Origin: a virus
Taxonomy: Duplodnaviria > Caudoviricetes
Virus record (IMG/VR): IMGVR_UViG_2634166419_000001
Location: 1-64,000 of that record
Reading direction: 5' to 3' (one strand)
Length of the DNA: 64,000 nt
Both the position numbers and the translations under genes were made by a program. This document shows, one piece after another, positions 1 to 9,920 of this stretch. How positions within the stretch are numbered: position 1 is the stretch's first letter; each line of letters begins with the position of its first letter. The notes beneath the pieces are model-generated. The model was not told the DNA's origin. It worked only from the letters and a program-made list of their open reading frames with translations, and searched no databases.

Positions 1-525
1 TTAATCTAAAGGTATAATGTCTTTTGTTTTCGTCGAATAAGCTACAACTCTATATTGATCAGCGGCAATTTGATATTTCAATTCAATTCCAGTTGTATCG
101 TTAGGTAGATTCTTGGCTATTTCAGATACTTTCTGTTTAAATGCTGATATAACTAATTTTTGAGTATCGTCAGCAGTGTTTGAATCAATTGCATCTACGA
201 TTTCTTTTGTTCCTTTGGCGGTTTCACCGCTCAATAATACATTAATAACATCGTGGCCATCAGGAAAATCGCTATCTTGAACATCGTTTTCAATTTCGAT
301 TGTAAAGTCACTATCGTTTTCTGGATTTAATTCAGATTGTAGTGATTTAACTACGCTATCGTATTGACTATTATCGACTTCTTTCTTTGCTTCTTTTTCC
401 ACAACGTTTGATGATGTAGTTGTGCTACTTTTAGCAGTCGTTTCTTTTTTGTCGCTACTTCCACAAGCTGCTAACGATAAAGTAAGTGCACACAACAATC
501 CTAATTTTATAATTTTCTTCTTCAT
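1..525 (-). CDS. Prophage lipoprotein, candidate superinfection exclusion protein
   Basis: MKKK signal peptide, lipobox LAAC, Ser/Thr linker; directly downstream of cI; ATG at 525 follows SD GGGAG. Confidence 0.75.
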   Translation of the reverse strand: MKKKIIKLGLLCALTLSLAACGSSDKKETTAKSSTTTSSNVVEKEAKKEVDNSQYDSVVKSLQSELNPENDSDFTIEIENDVQDSDFPDGHDVINVLLSGETAKGTKEIVDAIDSNTADDTQKLVISAFKQKVSEIAKNLPNDTTGIELKYQIAADQYRVVAYSTKTKDIIPLD

Positions 526-554
526 AAAACTCACTCCCTATGATATAATAAAAT

Positions 555-610
555 CGCATATGAATATATCGGCTAGGGAGTGGACAGAAACATTCCCTAG
601 CCATTTTTTT
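555..610 (+). ncRNA. Candidate ~55-nt antisense RNA opposite the lipoprotein leader
   Basis: TG-A-TATAAT 541-549, TTCATA 17 bp upstream, hairpin GGCTAGGGAGTG/CATTCCCTAGCC plus T-run; near-identical copy in prophage 2. Confidence 0.5.
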
Positions 611-1289
611 ATAAAACTACTACACCGACAACTTTAAAATCATCATATTCATTAATTAAAATATCTTTATATTTTTTATTTAACGACACCAGGCGATTCC
701 CCATTATCTTTTTAACGTACGTTTCATTATTTAGCGTACAGACAATTATTTGACCGTCGCGTACTTCGTGGGTTTTTCTGATAAATAATATTTGGTTATC
801 TTCAAATAATGGCAACATTGAATCACCGTTTACACGAACGACATAATCATGATTAGGTATTTGGCCGTTATATTCAATTTCTTCCTTTAAGCTGCCATCT
901 TGCCATTCTCCGGTACCGGCGGATACAACTGCATCAAGATTAAGTGTGGTAGGAAACGGAACGACATTATCGGAAATAGTGTTTTGTTCGTCAAGTTTAG
1001 ATTTGGCGAAATCGATAACCTTTAACTTACTATCTTTAGTGAGTTTTTCAAAATAAAAATATAAATCCTTATTAAGATTTTCTTTTTCAGATAGTAGTAG
1101 CATATCTTCGGCTCTCATGTTTAATTCATCCGCTATTCTTATTACATTTTCTACTTTGGCATTTAATAAGCCTCTTTCTAAAATCGACCTTATCGTTGTG
1201 TAAGGTATATTTATTTTTTCAGAAAATGCTTTAACGTTTTGATATTTTTCTTCTATTATTCTCTTTAGAACTTCTTCATTCGTCATCAT
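609..1289 (-). CDS. CI-like repressor (HTH + S24 peptidase)
   Basis: N-terminal HTH, SAGTG cleavage motif, VNGDSM and YVKK catalytic motifs; divergent from cro. Confidence 0.92.
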   Translation of the reverse strand: MMTNEEVLKRIIEEKYQNVKAFSEKINIPYTTIRSILERGLLNAKVENVIRIADELNMRAEDMLLLSEKENLNKDLYFYFEKLTKDSKLKVIDFAKSKLDEQNTISDNVVPFPTTLNLDAVVSAGTGEWQDGSLKEEIEYNGQIPNHDYVVRVNGDSMLPLFEDNQILFIRKTHEVRDGQIIVCTLNNETYVKKIMGNRLVSLNKKYKDILINEYDDFKVVGVVVL

Positions 1290-1317
1290 TAACACCTCCT
1301 TATACCGTTATTATACC

Positions 1318-1458
1318 ATGCGAAAAATCGTATATCAACAAAAAATAAACAAAAAAATGCGAATTTTCGTGTTGACAAGATACGAATTTTCGTATAATAT
1401 AAAAGTGCGGACGGGGAAAACGTCCTAAAAAAATATCGCATAATACGAAAATTCGTAT
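1318..1458. promoter_or_regulatory. Lysis/lysogeny switch with four palindromic operators
   Basis: ATRCGAA-N2-TCGT repeats at 1318, 1357, 1380 and 1443, overlapping TTGACA at 1372 and the -10 region. Confidence 0.85.
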
Positions 1459-1479
1459 ATAGAAAGGAGGTAAAGACTT

Positions 1480-1695
1480 ATGCTTAAAAATTTGGAAGAA
1501 GCACGAATTAAAAAGAATATAGCTCTTGTTGATATCGCCGATGCTTTGGGTATTCGTTATCAAACAGTCAGAGATAAAATCGACGGAATATACGACTTCA
1601 AATTCGGAGAAGCATTGATTGTTCAAGAAAAATTTTTCCCAGAATACGACATTAAATTTTTGTTTGAACGTTCCGACGAATTGCAGACAGTTTGA
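1480..1695 (+). CDS. Cro-like HTH regulator
   Basis: 71-aa XRE HTH, first gene of the rightward operon. Confidence 0.85.
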   Translation: MLKNLEEARIKKNIALVDIADALGIRYQTVRDKIDGIYDFKFGEALIVQEKFFPEYDIKFLFERSDELQTV

Positions 1696-1726
1696 TGATT
1701 AGTGAAAACTATTCAGATAGAAAGGA

Positions 1727-2452
1727 ATGAACAGCATGGAATTAATCAAAGTCCAAAGTGACAACGAAAAGCAATTAGTCAGCGCAAGAGAGCTACATGA
1801 AGCGTTGAATGTAAAAACAAGATTTAGTCAGTGGGTAGAGCAAAACTTCAAACATTTTAGAAAAGGTGTTGATTTTGACGGCGTAGTTATAACTACACCC
1901 TTCAATCCAAAATATCCTGATGGCAAAAAGCAAGAACTACAAGATTATGCCTTGTCTGTTGAAATGGCAAAACATATTGCAATGATGAGTGGAACTGATA
2001 AAGGATATGAAATCAGAGATTACTTCATACAAGTAGAGCAAGCATGGAATAGCCCAGAGATGATTATGAAGCGTGCTTTAGAGATTGCAAATAAGAAAGT
2101 TGAACAGTTAAAACTAGAAAACGAAGAAATGAAACCCAAAGCGCTATTTGCTGATGCGGTCACAGCTAGTCATACATCTATTTTAGTTGGTGATTTGGCA
2201 AAAATATTGAAACAAAACGGTGTTGATATTGGTGCTAAACGATTATTTGCATGGTTACGCGATCGTGGTTATCTCATCAAACGTAAGGGCGCTGAATGGA
2301 ATTCGCCTACGCAAAAATCAATGGATTTAGGATTGTTCGAAACGAAAGAAACAGTTATCCAACGTCCAGATGGCGGAGTTGATGTTAAGAAAACACCAAA
2401 AGTAACAGGAAAAGGTCAGGTATATTTTATAAATAAGTTTAAAAAATCATAA
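1727..2452 (+). CDS. Antirepressor (AntA/AntB-type N-terminus, ANT/KilAC C-terminus)
   Basis: VSARELHEAL; KPKALFADAV...TPKVTGKGQVYF. Confidence 0.9.
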   Translation: MNSMELIKVQSDNEKQLVSARELHEALNVKTRFSQWVEQNFKHFRKGVDFDGVVITTPFNPKYPDGKKQELQDYALSVEMAKHIAMMSGTDKGYEIRDYFIQVEQAWNSPEMIMKRALEIANKKVEQLKLENEEMKPKALFADAVTASHTSILVGDLAKILKQNGVDIGAKRLFAWLRDRGYLIKRKGAEWNSPTQKSMDLGLFETKETVIQRPDGGVDVKKTPKVTGKGQVYFINKFKKS

Positions 2453-2466
2453 GGAGGAAATCAAAA

Positions 2467-2829
2467 ATGAACGAAAAAGAAAAATTGCTAGAAAATATTA
2501 AATTAATGCTAGAAGCGTATGAAAATGAATCGGCGATGTTAGATGTAGTGACTGACGAATATGAAAGTGTAGAGAAATTTGTTAGAGGTTCAAAGTTGGT
2601 GGGGACAGAAGAAGGAAATCCGTTTTACTTTGACGGAAAGCACGTCATGATGTTTTTCACAGAAGGTAAGGTTATTCAAGTTACGTTACAAGATGGAAAA
2701 ATCGCTAACTTTAATTATTTGATAGGCGACTCAAAACCACAAACAAATTTGTTAAAAGCAATGAAAAAGACAATTGATAAATTGATTGATTTAGAAAATG
2801 GTGATACCGATGCGGATAAAAAAATCTGA
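2467..2829 (+). CDS. Hypothetical phage protein
   Basis: Strong SD, in operon. Confidence 0.7.
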   Translation: MNEKEKLLENIKLMLEAYENESAMLDVVTDEYESVEKFVRGSKLVGTEEGNPFYFDGKHVMMFFTEGKVIQVTLQDGKIANFNYLIGDSKPQTNLLKAMKKTIDKLIDLENGDTDADKKI

Positions 2830-3067
2830 ATTCCTACGTCGCTACGGCCCTCGTGATACGCCGATGAGTCCGATGACCTACCACAGGAGAATGAAAGAAT
2901 TAAAGGAAACGCCGTTTTTTAACGAAGCATACCAGGAAGTGACAAGTAACGAGGTGTATATCGATACCGATATGTACGACGAATATATTCGTTGGCGTAG
3001 TCATAATCGTAGAAAAGGAACTAAATACATCGAGCCATTGGAATGGTTGAAGGGGGTAAGGCGATGA
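2810..3067 (+). CDS. Putative excisionase/DNA-binding protein
   Basis: Small basic protein in the slot held by the xis-like gene in prophage 2; function inferred from position. Confidence 0.45.
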   Translation: MRIKKSEFLRRYGPRDTPMSPMTYHRRMKELKETPFFNEAYQEVTSNEVYIDTDMYDEYIRWRSHNRRKGTKYIEPLEWLKGVRR

Positions 3068-3243
3068 AAAAAGGAAGTATCTATTTTCTAAGAGTGATTT
3101 TATTTGGATGGCTAATGTTCGGCCTAGGCGTATTCGCCAGTGGTAAGTTTGGTGGAAAGATGGCTATCGGATTTACTTTGGTATCAGTGGCGTTGTTAAT
3201 TGGATATGACACAGCGTTTGATGAGTATTTGAAAGGGAGATGA
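3064..3243 (+). CDS. Small two-TM membrane protein
   Basis: Hydrophobic; homologous to 40832..41065. Confidence 0.7.
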   Translation: MKKGSIYFLRVILFGWLMFGLGVFASGKFGGKMAIGFTLVSVALLIGYDTAFDEYLKGR

Positions 3244-3569
3244 AGACAATGGAATTTGATAAGGCATTAGATCGTTACTTGACTGAACCACCACAAGAAC
3301 CGCCAATCAGACAGTATTCCTATACCGATAAAGAGATTTATCAAGGCGAAGAATACTATCAAGATGACGGCAATCATTGTTTGCTATTTGAAGAAATTGA
3401 CGCTTTTTTATCAAATAGAAATCTAAAGACAATGGTAGAAATGATTGTTGTACTAGATGATGAACCATACAAACAAGCACGAGAAGTCTTGCTTGAAATC
3501 ATCAAAGACAACTATACCGACGAACAAATTCTTGAATACTTCAACTTTGAAAAGGTGGTAGCAGAATGA
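3240..3569 (+). CDS. Hypothetical phage protein
   Basis: Overlapping start/stop coupling; weak similarity to 41777..42142. Confidence 0.7.
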   Translation: MKTMEFDKALDRYLTEPPQEPPIRQYSYTDKEIYQGEEYYQDDGNHCLLFEEIDAFLSNRNLKTMVEMIVVLDDEPYKQAREVLLEIIKDNYTDEQILEYFNFEKVVAE

Positions 3570-4054
3570 TTACACTAAGAGATTTGAATGAAAGCTATAT
3601 GAACATTATGACAATCTTAGATAACCCAGAAGCAGACCAAGAAGCGTTGATTGCTGCATTGAATGAAATCAATGAAACGGCTGATGAAAAGATTGTCAAC
3701 ATTATCAAGGTCATCAAGGAATATGAAGATAGAAACAAAGCAATCAAAGAAGAAAAAGCACGGTTAGGTCAGCTTGAAACGATTAATAAGAACGCAATCG
3801 AACGCTTGAAAGATTACGCTAAACAATCAATGTTGCTTAGAAATCAGAAGAAGATTGTATCCGACCTATACACAATCACTTTAGCGAACAATCAACCAAA
3901 AGTGAACGTGTTAGACGAAACCAAGATACCGCTTGATTTCTTTGAAGAAGTAAGGGAAATGAAGTTAGATAAGAAAGCGTTGAAAGAATATTTAAAGAAT
4001 AACGAATGTGACTACGCTTATTTAGAAAGTAAACAGTCGTTGAGGATTAAATAG
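3566..4054 (+). CDS. Siphovirus Gp157 family protein
   Basis: Coiled coil with DKKALKEYLK...SLRIK C-terminus. Confidence 0.85.
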   Translation: MITLRDLNESYMNIMTILDNPEADQEALIAALNEINETADEKIVNIIKVIKEYEDRNKAIKEEKARLGQLETINKNAIERLKDYAKQSMLLRNQKKIVSDLYTITLANNQPKVNVLDETKIPLDFFEEVREMKLDKKALKEYLKNNECDYAYLESKQSLRIK

Positions 4055-4065
4055 GGGGGATAAGA

Positions 4066-5169
4066 ATGATTGAAATTTCAAGCGGAATTATAGCCAAAGC
4101 GCAAAAAGTGGTTATTTATGGGCCAGAAGGCATCGGGAAGTCGACGTTCGCTAGTCAATTTCCGGACCCGATTTTTACTGATACCGAAGGTTCGACAAAC
4201 AACATGAATGTTAGACGTTTAACTAAGCCAACTAGTTGGTCGATGCTCAAACAGGAAGCAGAATTTATCAAAATCAATCGACCATGTAAGACATGGATTA
4301 TCGACACAATCGATTGGGCGGAACGATTAGCTATTGAACATATATGTAGCTCTCATAATAAAAAAGGCATTGAAGATTTTGGTTATGGCAATGGCTATAT
4401 ATTTTTAGCTGAAGAACTTGGAAAATTTTTGAATACGCTACAAGAGATTGTAGATGCAGGAGTCAATGTCGTGTTAACTGCACATAGCCAAATTAAAAAA
4501 TTTGAAATGCCAGACGAATTGGGTAGCTATGACCGCTATGAGTTGAAATTGGGCAACAAAAAAACAAACTCAATGACATCATCATTGGTCAAAGAATGGG
4601 CAGACATGATTTTATTCATCAATTACAAGACTTTGCTTGTAGCAGATGCCAATGGGAAGAAACGTGGCCAAGGGGCAGAACGCAAGATGTACGCTACCCA
4701 CCAAGCGGCGTGGGATGCCAAAAATCGATTTGGACTGCCAGATGAAATGAATTTAGATTATAGCCTAATCAAGCATATTTTCGATGTTCAAGGCAGCCAA
4801 CAGGTTGCTCAACAACCAGTCCAAACTCAACCACAAGCTCCAGTAACTAGTCAGCCGGTCAATCAACAACAACCGGTTAGCCAACCAGTAGCACAGCCGA
4901 CAGAAGAAGTTAAAACAGATGATGTGCCTATTAATTTTGATAGGGAAGAACCTAATCCAAGTGAATTTGATGGTATTCCACAATCGTTGGTCGATTTAAT
5001 GACAGCCGATGGGATTACGGTTGGCGAAGTGGAAGAAGTGGTCGTTGAAAAAGGATACTTTCCACAAGGGATGCCTTTAAAGAGTTATGATCCAGGATTT
5101 ATCGACGGTGTATTAATCGCTGGATGGGAACAAGTTAAAAAAGCAATCGTTGAAAAACGTGCTTTTTAA
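4066..5169 (+). CDS. AAA_24 ATPase (Sak4-like recombinase)
   Basis: YGPEGIGKST Walker A, IIDTIDW, AWDAKNRFGL. Confidence 0.85.
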   Translation: MIEISSGIIAKAQKVVIYGPEGIGKSTFASQFPDPIFTDTEGSTNNMNVRRLTKPTSWSMLKQEAEFIKINRPCKTWIIDTIDWAERLAIEHICSSHNKKGIEDFGYGNGYIFLAEELGKFLNTLQEIVDAGVNVVLTAHSQIKKFEMPDELGSYDRYELKLGNKKTNSMTSSLVKEWADMILFINYKTLLVADANGKKRGQGAERKMYATHQAAWDAKNRFGLPDEMNLDYSLIKHIFDVQGSQQVAQQPVQTQPQAPVTSQPVNQQQPVSQPVAQPTEEVKTDDVPINFDREEPNPSEFDGIPQSLVDLMTADGITVGEVEEVVVEKGYFPQGMPLKSYDPGFIDGVLIAGWEQVKKAIVEKRAF

Positions 5170-5208
5170 ATAAATAAAAATAAAATCATATAATCGGAGG
5201 AATTTTAA

Positions 5209-5790
5209 ATGAACAACAACAATTACCAACAACCAGATTTTGAATTAGGATGGGATGACGAATTAACTGTCGACCAAGAAGAGTTAGTCACATTACGACC
5301 AGGCGAATACATTTTCACAATTATCGGATTCGAACGCAAACGCTACGAACCAAAACCAGGTAGCACAGGAAAATTACCATCATGTAACATGGCAGAAATT
5401 ACGATTGAAATTAATGACCCACAACAAGGCCGTGGTATTGCGCGAAATAACCTTTACTTGCATAGCAGCACACAAGGATTATTATCAGCCTTCTTCGCGT
5501 CTATTGGCATGAAAAAGAAAGGCGAACCGGCCAAAATGAACTGGGCACAAGTACTTGGTAAGCAAGGTGTGGTTAAAATCAAAAACCGCGAATATAACGG
5601 CAATAAATACAATGATGTAGATCGTTTCTTGCCTTTAGACGCTAGTTACTATCAAGGTAAGACAATGCCACCTTTAGTTGCTCAATTGCAACAACCAGTA
5701 ACTTATGGCCAACAGCCTCAGCAAGGGTATCAACAACAGCCAACACAACCGCAACAACCAAATCATACATGGCAAGCCGGTCAATTTTAA
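5209..5790 (+). CDS. DUF669-like ssDNA-binding protein
   Basis: PGEY motif, YNGNKYNDV, Q/P-rich tail; follows Sak4-like gene. Confidence 0.7.
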   Translation: MNNNNYQQPDFELGWDDELTVDQEELVTLRPGEYIFTIIGFERKRYEPKPGSTGKLPSCNMAEITIEINDPQQGRGIARNNLYLHSSTQGLLSAFFASIGMKKKGEPAKMNWAQVLGKQGVVKIKNREYNGNKYNDVDRFLPLDASYYQGKTMPPLVAQLQQPVTYGQQPQQGYQQQPTQPQQPNHTWQAGQF

Positions 5791-5807
5791 AAGTAAGGGT
5801 GGTAGTG

Positions 5808-7400
5808 ATGAGACTAAGGGATTATCAGGAGGAAGCACGAAAGGCGGTCCAAGCAGAATGGGAAAAAGGCAATAAGCGTACTTTGCTTGTCTTGCCAACA
5901 GGATGCGGAAAGACAATCGTGTTCTCGTCAATCACAGAGGACCGTGTTCGTCAAGGGGAGCGCGTCTTAATTTTAGCGCATCGTGGCGAACTGCTAGAAC
6001 AAGCAAGCGATAAATTAAAAAAAGTAACTGGCTTGAATACAGCAGTCGAAAAAGCGGAACAGACTAGCTTAGATAGCTTTTTCCGTGTGGTTGTAGGTAG
6101 TGTACAAACGCTACAAAGCGAAAAGCGTTTGAAGAAATTTGAACCAGATCACTTCGATACGATTATCGTGGACGAAGCGCACCACTGCATCAGTGATGGC
6201 TATCAACGAGTTTTGAAATATTTCGAAAGCGCCAATGTGTTGGGAGTAACTGCTACTCCCGACCGTGGTGATATGAGAAATTTAGGAACATATTTTGATA
6301 GTTTAGCTTACGAGTACACTTTACCAAAGGCGATTAAAGCCGGTTATCTTAGCCCGATAAAAGCCTTAACGATACCTTTAAAGTTAGACTTATCATCTGT
6401 TAGCCAACAAGGTGGAGATTTTAAAACAAAAGATTTAGGGACTGCATTAGATCCTTACTTAGACCAAATAGCTGACGAAATGACTAAATACTGCAAAGGC
6501 CGTAAGACAGTTGTGTTTTTGCCGTTAGTTAAAACGAGCCAAAAATTTTGCCATATCTTAAAACAAAAAGGATTTAAAGCAGCCGAAGTGAATGGCTCAA
6601 GTGTAAATCGTTCAGAAATTTTGGAAGATTTTGAAAACAATAAATACAATGTGCTTTGCAATTCGATGCTGTTAACAGAAGGTTGGGACTGCCCAGATGT
6701 CGATTGCGTGGTCGTCTTGAGGCCGACTAAAGTGCGTGCTTTATACAGTCAAATGGTTGGTCGTGGCACACGTTTAGCACCAGGCAAAGAAGAATTGCTA
6801 TTACTTGATTTTCTGTGGCATTCTGAACGCCATGAATTATGCAGACCGGCACATTTAATCGCGAAAAGCGATGAAGTAGCTAAAAAGATGACCGAAAATC
6901 TTGAAAACGAAGATGCCGTGACGAAGGCTATTGATTTAGAAGAGGCGGAAAAACAAGCAGAAAGAGATGTAATCGCCGAACGCGAAAAAGCGTTAGCTGA
7001 ACAATTAGCTGAAATGCGTAAACGTAAGAAACGTTTAGTAGATCCATTGCAATTCGAAATGTCTATCAATGCTGAAGATTTAACAAATTATGTTCCTACG
7101 TTTGGATGGGAAATGTCGCCGCCGAGCGAAAAACAATTAGCAGCTTTAGAAAAATACGGTATCTTGCCAGACATCATCGAAAATGCCGGAAAGGCTAGTT
7201 TGCTAATCGATAGGTTAAACAAAAGAAAAGTTAATGGTTTTTCCACGCCAAAACAAATACGCTTACTCGAAAGATATAACTTTAAATCTGTCGGCACATG
7301 GACAGCGGAACAAGCCAACAAAATGATTAGTCGAATATCGGCTAATGGATGGAGAGTGCCAAGCGGAGTCATTCCGTCTACGTACGCACCAGAAGATTAA
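5808..7400 (+). CDS. SF2 DEAH-box helicase
   Basis: PTGCGKT, DEAHH, TATP, QMVGRGTR. Confidence 0.92.
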   Translation: MRLRDYQEEARKAVQAEWEKGNKRTLLVLPTGCGKTIVFSSITEDRVRQGERVLILAHRGELLEQASDKLKKVTGLNTAVEKAEQTSLDSFFRVVVGSVQTLQSEKRLKKFEPDHFDTIIVDEAHHCISDGYQRVLKYFESANVLGVTATPDRGDMRNLGTYFDSLAYEYTLPKAIKAGYLSPIKALTIPLKLDLSSVSQQGGDFKTKDLGTALDPYLDQIADEMTKYCKGRKTVVFLPLVKTSQKFCHILKQKGFKAAEVNGSSVNRSEILEDFENNKYNVLCNSMLLTEGWDCPDVDCVVVLRPTKVRALYSQMVGRGTRLAPGKEELLLLDFLWHSERHELCRPAHLIAKSDEVAKKMTENLENEDAVTKAIDLEEAEKQAERDVIAEREKALAEQLAEMRKRKKRLVDPLQFEMSINAEDLTNYVPTFGWEMSPPSEKQLAALEKYGILPDIIENAGKASLLIDRLNKRKVNGFSTPKQIRLLERYNFKSVGTWTAEQANKMISRISANGWRVPSGVIPSTYAPED

Positions 7401-7429
7401 TAATAAAAGCAAAAAAGAAAGGATTACAG

Positions 7430-9649
7430 ATGGAGGATAAGCTAAACCTTATTGAATTATTAGAATATATCGACCCAGTTATGTTGACCTATCAAGAATG
7501 GGTAAATGTCGGTATGGCTCTCAAACACGAGGGCTATACCGCATCCGATTGGGATAATTGGTCAAGGCGAGATAGCGAACGTTACCACAGCGGTGAATGT
7601 TTCAAAAAATGGACAACCTTTGATGAATCTTCCAGTGACCTTGTAACTGGGGCTACGATTACCAAGTTTGCTAAAGATGGCGGATGGCGTTCATCTTATA
7701 AATTTGATGGTGAAGGCTACGAGTTAGGTTGGGACGATACGATTATCGATGATTTAGTCATTGTCGACTCAGCGTGGGTCGAAGGCATCGAAATCAATGA
7801 ACCTAAGAATTTCAATCCAGTAAACGAAATCACCACGTATCTAAGATTGCTTTTTAATCCAGATGAACACGTTGGCTATAATGTCGAAGCGTGGCAAGGG
7901 GATGACGGAAAGTGGAAACCAAGTAATCAAGGTAGCTACAGCCGAACCGCCGGAGAATTAATTCGTCAATTAAATGCTTGTAATAGCGATATCGGTGCAG
8001 TCTTAGGGGATTACAACGAAGAAGCCGGCGCTTGGATTCGTTTCAATCCTTTGGACGGGCAAGGAGTTAAAAATCAAAACGTGTCTGAATATCGATACAC
8101 ATTGGTTGAGTCGGATAATACATCTATCGAAAAGCAAAATGCGATTATTCGTGAGTTGGAATTACCAGTAGTGGTAATGGTTCATTCAGGCGGAAAATCC
8201 TTACACGCCATCGTTAAAATTGATGCGAAAAATTATGACGAATATCGTACGCGTGTCGATTACCTTTATCAAGTATGCGATAAAAATGGACTAAGCATCG
8301 ACAAACAAAACCGCAATCCAAGTCGATTGTCCAGATTGCCTGGTGTTGTCAGAAATGGCAAAAAGCAATTTATTGTCGATCAAAATATTGGTAAAGAAAA
8401 TTGGGAAGAATGGAAAGAGTGGATTGAAGGTGTCAACGACGATTTACCAGATCCAGAAAATTTAGCTGATTACTTCGATAATCCGCCAAAATTGGCGCCA
8501 GAATTAATTGAAGGAGTGCTTCGCCAAGGACACAAGATGTTGATTGCTGGTCCGTCAAAAGCCGGTAAATCATTCGCGCTGATTGAATTATGTGCAGCGA
8601 TTGCTGAAGGAAAAGAATGGCTAGGTTGGAAATGCGTGCAAGGAAAAATTTTATACGTCAATCTCGAATTAGATAAACCAAGCGCTTATCGAAGATTTAT
8701 TGATGTTTATAAATCTTTAGGGATTCCACCGCAAAATGTTAGCAATATCGATATTTGGAATTTGCGTGGTAAATCCGTACCGATGGATAAACTAGCGCCT
8801 AAATTAATCAGACGAGCGAGTAAGAAGAATTACACCGCTATTGTAATTGACCCAATCTACAAGGTATTGACCGGGGACGAAAATAGCGCCGAACAGATGG
8901 GAAAATTTACCAACCAATTTGACAAGGTTGCCAGTGAATTAGGATGTGCAGTTATCTACTGTCATCATCATTCGAAAGGTAGTCAAGGCGGCAAGAAATC
9001 AATGGACAGAGCAAGTGGTAGCGGCGTATTTGCTCGTGATCCAGATGCATTGATTGACCTAATCGAGTTAGAGTTGACCGAAGATATTTTCAAACAAATA
9101 GCCAACAAACGTGCTTGCAAGGTAATCGAACAATACATCAAAAAGCACAACTTAGATTACTATGATTCGATTGATGACGATGACTTTTACAGCCGAGCGA
9201 AAATGGAACAGCACGCAGCAACGTGTATTCGAAAAGAACAAAGAAGTAAGCTGACCGAAGAATTACAAGAAATCGATAAGCAAGTAAGATTGCAGACGGC
9301 ATGGCGAGTCGAAGGAACGCTCCGAGAGTTTCCAAGATTCAAGCCGAAAGATATGTGGTTTGAATATCCAGTACACAGAATAGATGATACTGGCATCTTA
9401 CAAGATATTAAGTTAGATGATGCAAATCCTTTTGTACAAGGAAGAAGAAAAGCAAATCAAAATAAATCTCAAAAAGCAAATGCGGAATTTGAAGAAGCAT
9501 TTGATATGTGTGATATGGATGGAGATGGGAAAGTAGACATCAATGATTTAATCGATTATACAGGTAAATCAAAACAAGCGCTATACAAACAACTCAAAAA
9601 GATGGATAAATTCAGTGTGGAAAATGGAATCGTAAGCAAGGAGAATTAG
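7430..9649 (+). CDS. Primase-helicase (PriCT-2 + primase + AAA_25/RepA-type)
   Basis: EWVNVGMALK, HSGGKSLH, NPSRLSRLPG, GPSKAGKS, VIDPIYK. Confidence 0.88.
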   Translation: MEDKLNLIELLEYIDPVMLTYQEWVNVGMALKHEGYTASDWDNWSRRDSERYHSGECFKKWTTFDESSSDLVTGATITKFAKDGGWRSSYKFDGEGYELGWDDTIIDDLVIVDSAWVEGIEINEPKNFNPVNEITTYLRLLFNPDEHVGYNVEAWQGDDGKWKPSNQGSYSRTAGELIRQLNACNSDIGAVLGDYNEEAGAWIRFNPLDGQGVKNQNVSEYRYTLVESDNTSIEKQNAIIRELELPVVVMVHSGGKSLHAIVKIDAKNYDEYRTRVDYLYQVCDKNGLSIDKQNRNPSRLSRLPGVVRNGKKQFIVDQNIGKENWEEWKEWIEGVNDDLPDPENLADYFDNPPKLAPELIEGVLRQGHKMLIAGPSKAGKSFALIELCAAIAEGKEWLGWKCVQGKILYVNLELDKPSAYRRFIDVYKSLGIPPQNVSNIDIWNLRGKSVPMDKLAPKLIRRASKKNYTAIVIDPIYKVLTGDENSAEQMGKFTNQFDKVASELGCAVIYCHHHSKGSQGGKKSMDRASGSGVFARDPDALIDLIELELTEDIFKQIANKRACKVIEQYIKKHNLDYYDSIDDDDFYSRAKMEQHAATCIRKEQRSKLTEELQEIDKQVRLQTAWRVEGTLREFPRFKPKDMWFEYPVHRIDDTGILQDIKLDDANPFVQGRRKANQNKSQKANAEFEEAFDMCDMDGDGKVDINDLIDYTGKSKQALYKQLKKMDKFSVENGIVSKEN

Positions 9650-9661
9650 TTATTTTATTAC

Positions 9662-9817
9662 AGTCAACCACAGCAGGTTGTTTACTAGTGGTTTACATAA
9701 GTCAACCACTACTGGCTGTTTACTAGTGGTTTACAGGGTGAAAGCCTTGTCCGCCATAGTCTAACCAGTCCCGTAAACAACACAATTGGAAATTGTTGTT
9801 TACGGACAAGGTTGACT
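9662..9817. repeat. Putative prophage 1 replication origin
   Basis: Two ~36-bp repeats AGTCAACCAC..TGTTTACTAGTGGTTTACA (9662, 9700) then an inverted repeat around GTAAACAA/TTGTTTAC, non-coding, right after primase. Confidence 0.7.
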
Positions 9818-9920
9818 ATCGGCAAGTGTTATTGATTTGTGTTGTTGTCAACCGAAAAATTAAATGCACTTTACTGGAGATTAAAATCAAAAAATAGAAA
9901 AATTGAAAGGTCGTGGAAAT

